Assembly: GCA_905201895.1 (NCBI GenBank)
Contig: CAJKPX010000006.1
Span: forward strand, 2,656 to 66,655
Length of the DNA stretch: 64,000 bases
Direction: 5' to 3'
Source: an uncultured Eubacteriales bacterium
GTDB taxonomy: Bacteria; Bacillota; Clostridia; Oscillospirales; CAG-272
The position numbers and the translations under genes are program-made. Below, one piece after another: positions 9,598 through 17,315 of this stretch. A model generated the notes under the pieces. The model searched no databases. It was not told the origin of the DNA and saw nothing but the letters and a program-made list of their open reading frames with translations. The number at the start of each line of letters is the position of its first letter. The stretch's first letter is position 1.

Positions 9598-10614
9598 ATG
9601 GCAAACCATTCCACCCCATCACGCAGCTTCAACACCCTCAAGCACAGCAATCGCGAGCAGCGCATCAAGCGCGACCGTCAGGGACGCATTGCTCTCTTTG
9701 CAATGGCAATCGTTGGAATCGCCATCGTGTTGACGCTCACGATCTTTCTGATCTGCTCCGTTGTTGACTACTACGGAAGCATGACCCCGCCCCCCAACAA
9801 TGACGGGGGTCAAACGTCGGGCGAGGATAAAACACCAACCGACGAGATTACCTATGCCTCGATCACAAAGGCACAGGAGGATATTCACACAGGTGTGCTC
9901 CTGATCGTGAATATGAGTACCGTTTACCACTTCCCCACCGCCACCAATAACCTCGTTGTGATCGACAATGAGCGCGTGAAATACGAGGGGATCTACAACA
10001 CATACATACCGACGGGCAACGGCTGGAAGCTCGACCGCACGGCGCTGGCTGCCTTTAACCAAATGATGCTCAAATACTATGAGCTGGAGGGAGACGGATC
10101 GGTAAAGATCTCGTCGGCATATCGCTCCTATGATGATCAGGCAAACTCCACAACCTCGAGCACCCCTCCCGGCTATTCCGACCACCACACGGGATATTGC
10201 CTCTCGCTTCGCACGAACGCGGGCGGTTATCTCGATGTTGACAGCCATTGGATCTATCAGAATTGCTACAAATACGGCTACGTGGTTCGTTATCCCGAAA
10301 GCAAGGCGGATATCACGGGCGTGGACGGATACGAATACTGCTTCCGCTACGTTGGCATTCCGCATTCCACCTACATGTACGAGCAGGACCTCTGCCTTGA
10401 GGAATACGTTGCGCTCCTTGCCGAGCAATATGCAGGCAATGAGCATCTGCTGATCGAGGGAGCCGACGGAAACAACTATGAGGTCTATTACGTTGCGGCG
10501 GCTGACACCGATCTGACCACGGTCAAGGTTCCGCAAAACTATGAATACACAATTTCGGGCGATAACATGAACGGATTTATCATCACGGTAAATCTTGATG
10601 CACCGAGAGAATAA
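9598..10614 (+). CDS. VanY-type D-alanyl-D-alanine carboxypeptidase (peptidase M15B), N-terminal membrane anchor
   Basis: SAYRSYDDQ ... GYSDHHTGYCLSL ... YGYVVRYPESKADITGVDGYEYCFRYVG are the M15B Zn-ligand and signature blocks. TM helix IALFAMAIVGIAIVLTLTIFLI. Confidence 0.85.
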   Translation: MANHSTPSRSFNTLKHSNREQRIKRDRQGRIALFAMAIVGIAIVLTLTIFLICSVVDYYGSMTPPPNNDGGQTSGEDKTPTDEITYASITKAQEDIHTGVLLIVNMSTVYHFPTATNNLVVIDNERVKYEGIYNTYIPTGNGWKLDRTALAAFNQMMLKYYELEGDGSVKISSAYRSYDDQANSTTSSTPPGYSDHHTGYCLSLRTNAGGYLDVDSHWIYQNCYKYGYVVRYPESKADITGVDGYEYCFRYVGIPHSTYMYEQDLCLEEYVALLAEQYAGNEHLLIEGADGNNYEVYYVAAADTDLTTVKVPQNYEYTISGDNMNGFIITVNLDAPRE

Positions 10615-10658
10615 CCCCGCACACTTTCTGACATACTAATTACAGATAAACGGAGGAC

Positions 10659-11720
10659 ATGAACATGGAAGAAAAATTGACCATTGTGAATCCCGACGAG
10701 GAGCTCAACAGCGCAACTCCCTGCTGCGAAGGCGAGGAAATTTCGGTTTGCAACTGCGAGGGCGAGGAAACCGTAACGGTTTTCGAGAGCGATGAGGACG
10801 TAATCGACTGGGAGGAGGATCCCCGTCCCGAAACCAAAAAGGAGCTGCTCACGCGCAAGTGCCGCGAGGTGAAGGACGCCTGCCAGTCCACCGCAAAGCG
10901 CCTGGCAAGAGATTGGCAGGAAACTGCGGGCAATCCCTATATCAAGCAGACCTGCATCACGCAGGTGGACATCTATCGCAGCCCCGATGATGAGGAACCG
11001 ATTGACACCTTCCGCACCGAGCACGTAAAAAGCTATTCCGCTCGCTCGCTTGCAGTTCTGGGTGCAGCCGCATTCGTAATCGCGGGAACTGTGCCTTTAA
11101 GTTCTTGCGATCGGATCTGCACAATAAGTGATTTACCCCGAAAAAAACACAGAAAAGAGAGCACCATGATTGATCTTTTAGAGCTGCACAAGTATTTTAT
11201 TCTCAACCACCTCAAGGAGGGCGACGTTGCCGTTGATTTTACGATGGGGAACGGCTATGACACCGAATTTCTTTGCCGCACCGTTGGCGAGCGCGGTCAC
11301 GTTTATGCCTTTGATATTCAGGCACAGGCGGTGGAATCGACTGCAAAGCGCCTGCGCGAGGTTGGTTGTCCTGAAAACTACACGCTGATACATGATTCGC
11401 ACCATAATGTGAAAAACTACGTTCAAACACCGATTAAGGCGGGAATGTTCAATCTCGGTTGGCTTCCCGGCGGTGATAAGTCGATCACAACCCTGCGTGA
11501 GACCACCATGCCCGCAATCGAGGCGGCGATCGACCTGCTCGACCGCGATGCGATTCTGAACGTGGCTGTTTATCCGGGGCATGCCGAGGGCGATGCCGAG
11601 GGAAAGATGATCTGCGATTATCTTGCGAGCATCAGCCGTCACAAGGTGTGTGCCACACGCGTGAATATTCTCAATTCACCAACCTCACCCTATTTTATTA
11701 TTATTGAAACGAAGCCGTGA
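10659..11720 (+). CDS. single open frame joining an acidic Cys-rich N-terminal region (169 codons, one TM-like helix) to a SAM-dependent 'putative rRNA methylase'-type methyltransferase (from ATG 11166)
   Basis: Residues from MIDLLELHKYFILNHLKEGDVAVDFTMGNGYDTEFL...VYAFDIQ match the small class-I MTase family. The upstream 507 nt are in the same frame with no stop and have their own GGAGGA SD (MNMEEKLTIVNPDEELNSATPCCEGEEISVCNCEGEE...). It is unresolved whether one or two proteins are made. Confidence 0.6.
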   Translation: MNMEEKLTIVNPDEELNSATPCCEGEEISVCNCEGEETVTVFESDEDVIDWEEDPRPETKKELLTRKCREVKDACQSTAKRLARDWQETAGNPYIKQTCITQVDIYRSPDDEEPIDTFRTEHVKSYSARSLAVLGAAAFVIAGTVPLSSCDRICTISDLPRKKHRKESTMIDLLELHKYFILNHLKEGDVAVDFTMGNGYDTEFLCRTVGERGHVYAFDIQAQAVESTAKRLREVGCPENYTLIHDSHHNVKNYVQTPIKAGMFNLGWLPGGDKSITTLRETTMPAIEAAIDLLDRDAILNVAVYPGHAEGDAEGKMICDYLASISRHKVCATRVNILNSPTSPYFIIIETKP

Positions 11721-12607
11721 TGAAAAAACAAAGTCTATATGCGATTGTCTGCCTGCTTGCCTGCCTCTGCCTGTTGCAGGGCTGTATCCAACCGATCGAC
11801 GAGCTACCAAAGGACACCGCAGAGAGTGAATCCAATATGAATGAAAGTGTCCTGCACTATTATCCCGACGCGATATACGTCTATCAATCCGACGTGGACG
11901 TTGACCTGCTGCTCACGGGTTTGAGTCCCACCTACCTGCTCCTGGCAAACAAGGTCAGCGTGCTCGGGGAGGATTACGCGCCCGCCTCACTCAAAACGCT
12001 TACCTGTCCCACCAGCAATGGAAAAACGGTTCAGCTGGAATCGCGCGCCGCAGACGCCGTTTGCGCCATGATGAAGGAAATGCAGGCATGTGGCGTGACC
12101 AACGTTTCGGTCACGAGCGGCTATCGCGATTACGACTACCAGCAAAAACTTTTCAATTTTTACTGTCAGCAGGAAATGCAGGGCTTCAGTGAGGAGGCCA
12201 AGAACGTGCTCGGCTCCGATTACCTGCAGACGTATTATTACGATCTGGGGCTTACGGGACTTACGCGCGAGGACGCAAAAAAAGTGGTGCTCTCCTATTC
12301 GGCATTGCCCGGAACCAGCGAGCACCAAACGGGTCTTTGCGTGGATTTTATCACGTCAGACATGAACGACGAATTGACCAACGCGTTTGAAAATACCGCT
12401 GCTTTTGAGTGGCTTTCCGAGAACGCCTACCAATTCGGCTTTATTCTGCGTTATCCTGAAGATAAAACCGACGTCACGGGCTATTCTTATGAGTCCTGGC
12501 ACTATCGCTTCGTCGGGCGCGAGGCGGCAACCGACATCCATTTTGGCAGATTGACCCTCGAGGAGTATCTCGTGGCACTCACTGCCGCACAGACTACCGA
12601 AAAGTAA
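11720..12607 (+). CDS. VanY-type D,D-carboxypeptidase (M15B) lipoprotein
   Basis: Signal and lipobox (LLACLCLLQGC). SGYRDYDYQQKLF ... SEHQTGLCVDF ... FGFILRYPEDKTDVTGYSYESWHYRFVG. The start overlaps the preceding stop (GTGATGA). Confidence 0.85.
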   Translation: MKKQSLYAIVCLLACLCLLQGCIQPIDELPKDTAESESNMNESVLHYYPDAIYVYQSDVDVDLLLTGLSPTYLLLANKVSVLGEDYAPASLKTLTCPTSNGKTVQLESRAADAVCAMMKEMQACGVTNVSVTSGYRDYDYQQKLFNFYCQQEMQGFSEEAKNVLGSDYLQTYYYDLGLTGLTREDAKKVVLSYSALPGTSEHQTGLCVDFITSDMNDELTNAFENTAAFEWLSENAYQFGFILRYPEDKTDVTGYSYESWHYRFVGREAATDIHFGRLTLEEYLVALTAAQTTEK

Positions 12608-12627
12608 AAAATATACAGGAGAACATC

Positions 12628-13302
12628 ATGAAACTGACAGGAAAGAAGATCGCCTTTCTGGGCGACAGCATCACCGAAGGCTCGGGCGTGAAGGATCGCG
12701 CCAACAACCGATACGACAACGTGCTGGCTCGCACGGCAGACATGCAGTTGATCCACAGCGACGGCATTGGCGGCACACGTCTGGCATATCAGCGCGTCCC
12801 CTCCGAGGAGCCTCGCCGTGATCTCTGCTTTTGCGGCAGAGCATTCAATATTCCGCTGACCGCCGACGTGGTTGTGGTTTACGGCGGCGTCAACGATTAT
12901 TTCCACGGCGACGCGCCGATTGGTGAGAAAACCGACCTCACCCCTGCCACCTTCTGCGGTGCGGTGCGTTTTCTGATGCGTACGCTCAAGGCACGCTTTG
13001 AGGGCAAGACGGTGGTGTTTATGACCCCTGCACGCTGCTTCTACAAGGGAATTTCCGACACCACCCCCTCGGGCCGCCCCATGAAGCTTGCTGATGCTAT
13101 GCCCGTTCTCGGTTACGTTGATATCATCAAGGAGATCGGAGCAGAGGAGGGCGTTGCGGTGCTCGATCTTTACCGCACGCTCCCGATCGACCCCAACGAT
13201 CCTGCGCAAAGAGAAAAATACACCGCTGATGGTCTGCACTTTAACGACGACGGACATCACATCCTCGCTGCAACGCTCAAGGCATTTCTCGAAGCGCTCT
13301 GA
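12628..13302 (+). CDS. SGNH/GDSL-family hydrolase
   Basis: Block I KIAFLGDSITEGSG, block III GGVNDY, block V DGLHFNDDGH. Confidence 0.85.
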   Translation: MKLTGKKIAFLGDSITEGSGVKDRANNRYDNVLARTADMQLIHSDGIGGTRLAYQRVPSEEPRRDLCFCGRAFNIPLTADVVVVYGGVNDYFHGDAPIGEKTDLTPATFCGAVRFLMRTLKARFEGKTVVFMTPARCFYKGISDTTPSGRPMKLADAMPVLGYVDIIKEIGAEEGVAVLDLYRTLPIDPNDPAQREKYTADGLHFNDDGHHILAATLKAFLEAL

Positions 13303-13313
13303 TCGAATATACA

Positions 13314-14057
13314 TCAATCAAAAAAACGTCCCACACCATGCGGAGTGGGACGTTTTTTGTATTTTACTTCAGAATTTTCTTCACGATGCAATCCACACTC
13401 CACGGCGTCCTTGGAATTGTACCACGGCTCCTCGGCATAGCGGTAGTCAAACTTCTTGCAGAACCAGCTCACATCCTTTTGCAGCTCGTCAAAATAAGTC
13501 TCCACAACCTTGGCGCACGCCGCGGCGAATTCGGGCTGCTTCTTTTTGCCAAGCCTGCGCTGACCGTACCACAATAGCTTGCGGTAATGCGGCAGACAGA
13601 AATAGGGCTGTGATTTGAGCTTGGGTGCAAAGTCCTCGTCGGTTTGCCAGAGATACACGGCGGTGTCAACCATATGCTCAAAATTGTTGGAGATGCGATC
13701 GCAAACGTAACAGGTCTCCTCCAAGGCGCCGATGCGCTTGATCGGCTTGTTGCCCTGCCCACCGCCAATTCCGCCGTCACGAATCTCGCGGTGCAGCTCG
13801 TCGAGATGACTCTCAAGCGTGAGCGCCATGCCAAGGCGATTCTTGCGAACGAACATCATATCGTAGTGCGTGCGACAAAAGCCCGCCTTGTTGGTTTTGA
13901 TACGGATATCGGGCTCCATCATCGACGCACCGAGAATCAGATCGAGCTCGTCCTCCTCCAGCTTGCGGTAAAGTGCACAAAGCGCACATCCGCAGGCAGG
14001 GTCTGCCGCCGATGCCTCAAACGCCTCGTTGACCGGAATGGTAAAATTCATATCCAT
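13314..14057 (-). CDS. Cys-rich hypothetical protein (I recall similar proteins labelled DUF6062; unverified)
   Basis: Conserved-looking Cys pairs (CGCALC...FCRTHY...CYVCD...FCLPHY). The start is chosen at the ATG with a GAGG SD (MDMNFTIPV); the track ORF starts 5 codons earlier. Confidence 0.55.
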   Translation of the reverse strand: MDMNFTIPVNEAFEASAADPACGCALCALYRKLEEDELDLILGASMMEPDIRIKTNKAGFCRTHYDMMFVRKNRLGMALTLESHLDELHREIRDGGIGGGQGNKPIKRIGALEETCYVCDRISNNFEHMVDTAVYLWQTDEDFAPKLKSQPYFCLPHYRKLLWYGQRRLGKKKQPEFAAACAKVVETYFDELQKDVSWFCKKFDYRYAEEPWYNSKDAVECGLHREENSEVKYKKRPTPHGVGRFFD

Positions 14058-14175
14058 AAGAAAAAACCTCATTTATCCATTGCAATTTTAATAAAAATCA
14101 TGTATAATTAGTATACCATAAATCACACAACCTTTCAATAGCTATTTTATGAATTTCCAAGAAAAAGGAGAAAAT

Positions 14176-14838
14176 ATGCACTATACGCACGCGTTTTTTG
14201 ATCTGGACGGCACCCTGATCGACTCCTCGCCGGGAATCACGCACTCGGTGCAATATGCCCTTTCGCACTGCGGGATCACACCGCCGCCCGAGGAGGAGCT
14301 GACCTGCTTCATCGGTCCGCCACTGCTCGATTCCTTTTGTAAATATTTTGGCATGTCCCGTGAGGAGGGACTCCGCGCCGTGGAGCTTTACCGCGAAAAT
14401 TATCGCGCAGGAGGCATGCTGGAATGTCGCGCCTACGATGGCATTCCCCATCTTTTGGAAACACTGACCGAAAACGGGATCGTCCCCGTTCTTGCTACCT
14501 GCAAGCCAACCTGCTTTGCCGAGCAGATCCTGGCTCATCTCAATCTTCGACGCTATTTCGCCTTTGTTTCTGGTCCCGAGCTGGACGGAACGCGCGGAGA
14601 AAAGCATGAGGTGATCGCACACGCGATCGAGCAGCTCAGGCTTGATGGGAATGCCTCGATCCTGATGATCGGTGATCGCGACAACGACGTGCTGGGAGCA
14701 GCCGTTCACGGCATCGGCTGCGCGGGCGTGCTTTGGGGCTTCGGCTCACGCGAGGAACTGCTGGGAGCGGGTGCTGCATTTCTTTCCGACTCTCCCGCAG
14801 AGCTTGCACGCCTGATGTTAGATAACACATCCGATTAA
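14176..14838 (+). CDS. HAD-superfamily hydrolase (phosphoglycolate-phosphatase-like)
   Basis: Motif I FFDLDGTLIDS and motif IV MIGDRDNDVLGA. AAAGGAG SD before the ATG at 14176. Confidence 0.8.
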   Translation: MHYTHAFFDLDGTLIDSSPGITHSVQYALSHCGITPPPEEELTCFIGPPLLDSFCKYFGMSREEGLRAVELYRENYRAGGMLECRAYDGIPHLLETLTENGIVPVLATCKPTCFAEQILAHLNLRRYFAFVSGPELDGTRGEKHEVIAHAIEQLRLDGNASILMIGDRDNDVLGAAVHGIGCAGVLWGFGSREELLGAGAAFLSDSPAELARLMLDNTSD

Positions 14839-14883
14839 CCCGAAAATATTTTCTTTTTCAGTGCGCAAAAAAAGAAAAAACTC

Positions 14884-14912
14884 TTGACGAATCGCGTAAA
14901 ATATTCTATAAT
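14884..14912 (+). promoter_or_regulatory. sigma-A-type promoter for the glucokinase gene
   Basis: TTGACG (14884-14889), 17-nt spacer, TATAAT (14907-14912). Confidence 0.65.
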
Positions 14913-14957
14913 ATAAGATGATACAAAAGTCCCATTCAAGAAAGGATGTAACACATT

Positions 14958-15917
14958 ATGTACCGTATCGGAATTGACCTTGGCGGCACCAATATTGCTG
15001 CCGGAATTGTGAATGAAAAGTTTGAGATCGTGGCACAAGACAGCACCCCCACCCTTCCCTCGCGTCCCAGCGTGGCGATTGTGGACGATATTGCCATGCT
15101 CTGCAAGAAGCTTTGCGAGCGCATGGGCTTGACGGTGGACGATATCGACTCGCTCGGCATCGCATCGCCCGGTATTGTGGATGACGATATCGGTCACGTG
15201 GTTTACACCAACAATATCAATCTCAAGAACTTCCCCATCCTTCCCCTGCTCCGTGAGCGCTTCCCCGTGAAGGAAATGCACATTGAGAACGACGCAAACG
15301 CCGCTGCATGGGGCGAGGCAATCGCAGGCGCTGCAAAGGGCAGCAAGTCCTCTGTCATGATCACGCTCGGAACCGGCGTTGGCGGCGGTATTATTACCGA
15401 CGGTAAGGTGTTCAAGGGCTTCAACTCTGCGGCAGGTGAGCTTGGACACGTAGTGATTCAGGTTGACGGCAGACAGTGCTCCTGCGGCAGAAAGGGCTGC
15501 TGGGAGACCTATTCCTCTGCAACGGGTCTGATTAAAACCACCAAAGAAAAGATCGAGGAGTGCGAGGCACAGGGTCGCAAGACTGTGATGACCGATCTGG
15601 TTGCACAAAAGGGCAAGATCAACGGTCGCACGGCGTTTGACGGCATGCGTATGGGTGATGCCGCCGCAAAAGAGGTGGTGGACGAATACGTGAAGTATCT
15701 TGCAAGCGGACTCGCAAGCATGATCAACATTTTCCAGCCCGAGGTCATCTCGCTCGGCGGCGGTATTTCCAACGAGGGTCAGGCACTGATTGATCTGGTT
15801 GAGCCTTTGGTTCGCTCACAGCAGTACGGCACCAATCAGGTTCCGCTGACCGATATTCGTACCGCACAGCTCCGCAATGACGCCGGCATCATTGGTGCCG
15901 CAGTGCTGGGCATGTAA
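14958..15917 (+). CDS. glcK: ROK-family glucokinase
   Basis: MYRIGIDLGGTNIAAG N-terminus, ROK signature GTGVGGGII and the Zn motif GELGHVVIQVDGRQCSCGRKGCWE. Confidence 0.85.
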   Translation: MYRIGIDLGGTNIAAGIVNEKFEIVAQDSTPTLPSRPSVAIVDDIAMLCKKLCERMGLTVDDIDSLGIASPGIVDDDIGHVVYTNNINLKNFPILPLLRERFPVKEMHIENDANAAAWGEAIAGAAKGSKSSVMITLGTGVGGGIITDGKVFKGFNSAAGELGHVVIQVDGRQCSCGRKGCWETYSSATGLIKTTKEKIEECEAQGRKTVMTDLVAQKGKINGRTAFDGMRMGDAAAKEVVDEYVKYLASGLASMINIFQPEVISLGGGISNEGQALIDLVEPLVRSQQYGTNQVPLTDIRTAQLRNDAGIIGAAVLGM

Positions 15918-16151
15918 TATTTAACCTACATACACACAAAGCAGGTCTGTTTCAATCCAAAACGGTTGAGGCAGGCCTGCCCCTTTTGATACAACGCAGA
16001 AAAGAAAAAGGAACCCGAAAAGGCTGCTTCTCATAAGGAAGTTTGATTTCTCCTTGTAGGGACCGGCGTCCTCGACGGTCCGAGACAAATTTTGCTATGC
16101 AGGAAACAAATAATTAACCCCAACAGATTTTACAAATCTGATGGGGTTTTA

Positions 16152-16655
16152 TCATATTCCGTAACGTATTGCCTTCCATTCGTTCCAAAAGGCAATATAA
16201 CCGCTTCGATCAAATTCATCTTTGGGTAATTTTTTATCTGCAGCGGCATTATAAAATGCTTCTACTTGGTCTGCAAATGCAAAGACGGTTGTTTTATATT
16301 CATCAAATAATATTTCCGTTCTTTCTCCTGCTTCTGTAACTAAAACAACATTGCCGTTTTCGTGCAAAACCGACCAATCAACTCCGTTAGGGCAACCGCA
16401 AATATCAACTTTTGAAAGTTCTTCATTTGCTATCATAAAAAAGCCACAGCAAGGAAGCATTTGATTACTCTCATATATTTTATGATCTTCCTTCAAGGAT
16501 TTCAGCAAATACAATGCGGTGGAACTGACTGTTGCGTCATCATATTCCAAAACTTCATGTCCTATGATCGCTTTTGCATTTCCGTGAAGACACAGATCCT
16601 CGATGGGATCTACCCCTTCCATCCAATGAAGATTGGATACACTGATAGAAAACAT
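16152..16655 (-). CDS. hypothetical protein (167 aa), visibly AT-rich relative to its flanks
   Basis: Clean ORF with a GGAGG SD and a downstream hairpin terminator (AACCCCA.CAGATTT/AAATCTG.TGGGGTT, ~16115-16148). No family recognised. Confidence 0.6.
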   Translation of the reverse strand: MFSISVSNLHWMEGVDPIEDLCLHGNAKAIIGHEVLEYDDATVSSTALYLLKSLKEDHKIYESNQMLPCCGFFMIANEELSKVDICGCPNGVDWSVLHENGNVVLVTEAGERTEILFDEYKTTVFAFADQVEAFYNAAADKKLPKDEFDRSGYIAFWNEWKAIRYGI

Positions 16656-16770
16656 ATGTAACCTCCGTTATCGCCAGTTTCGCCTTTGTATTACAAAGGC
16701 ATAGGGCAAAGCCCATACCCCTCCTACAATACCGAATATATTATATCATAGATTAGCAGAGAAAGCAAGA

Positions 16771-16960
16771 GTTATATTCCGACTCCGTCGGAGTGATATT
16801 ATACGGCTCCGCCGTGTAGTGATATTGTTCGGCTTCGCCTCACAGTGATATTTTATTCGCCCCTTTAACTTGCGAAGCAAATATCACTCGGCGCAAGCCG
16901 AATACCACTGCGTAAGCAAAAATTTCGCCTTTGGCGAAATATACTCGCCCAAGGCGAATA
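16771..16960. repeat. array of short hairpin-forming repeats (three tandem 26-nt units plus inverted degenerate copies)
   Basis: AGTGATATT recurs at 16792, 16818 and 16844 (26-nt period). Each copy is followed by a small GC hairpin (ACGGCtccGCCGT, CGGCttcGCC...). The inverted form AATATCACT/AATACCACT/AATATACT occurs at 16880, 16901 and 16938 with hairpins CGGCGcaaGCCG, TTCGCCtttGGCGAA and TCGCCcaaGGCGA. Confidence 0.8.
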
Positions 16961-16992
16961 AAACTGCCCAACTTCCTTATGAGAAGTTGGGC
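16958..16992 (-). terminator. rho-independent terminator ending the beta-helix/MBL/lipoprotein operon
   Basis: GCCCAACTTC (16966-16975) pairs with GAAGTTGGGC (16983-16992). On the minus strand it is followed by AGTTTTAT. Confidence 0.7.
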
Positions 16993-17028
16993 AAATCGAG
17001 TTCCTTTTTTTATTACTGAGAGTCAGAA

Positions 17029-17280
17029 TCAGAACGGGCCGATCCAGGCACCCTCCTCGGTGTCTGCAGCATCGTAATCGTAGGTAGCCTCCTCGGTAGT
17101 TGCCTCCTCTGTGGTTGCCTCCTCAGTGGTGGCTTCCTCGGTGGTTGCACCCTCGGTGGTCACTTCCGCGGTGGTGTCGTTGCCATCCTTATTAGGATCG
17201 CTATTGTCAACACAAGCACAAAGCATGAGCGAAAGAGTCAGAACCAGTGCCAATACAATGAGTAACTTTTTCATAATCAT
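17029..17280 (-). CDS. small acidic lipoprotein with tandem TTEEA repeats
   Basis: MIMKKLLIVLALVLTLSLMLCAC (lipobox), then TTEGA-TTEEA-TTEEA-TTEEA-TTEEA. AAAGGAAA SD. The track ORF (to 17319) is an upstream extension overlapping the previous gene. Confidence 0.7.
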   Translation of the reverse strand: MIMKKLLIVLALVLTLSLMLCACVDNSDPNKDGNDTTAEVTTEGATTEEATTEEATTEEATTEEATYDYDAADTEEGAWIGPF

Positions 17281-17315
17281 GATTTCCTTTCGTTTCTCTA
17301 TTCTGTTTAGAGCGA

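Noticed and set aside
7392-9668. 758-aa minus-strand ORF, the longest in this part of the track
   Set aside because: It is antisense to pnp across its whole length, and pnp has unambiguous PNPase motifs. The product is rich in Gly, His, Arg, Cys, Val and Leu with no recognisable domain, which is typical of a shadow ORF in GC-rich coding DNA.
16771-16960. CRISPR array
   Set aside because: Only three direct 26-nt units are present, with a 9-nt conserved core and degenerate remainders. They are followed by inverted copies. There are no unique spacers of constant length and no cas genes in the window.
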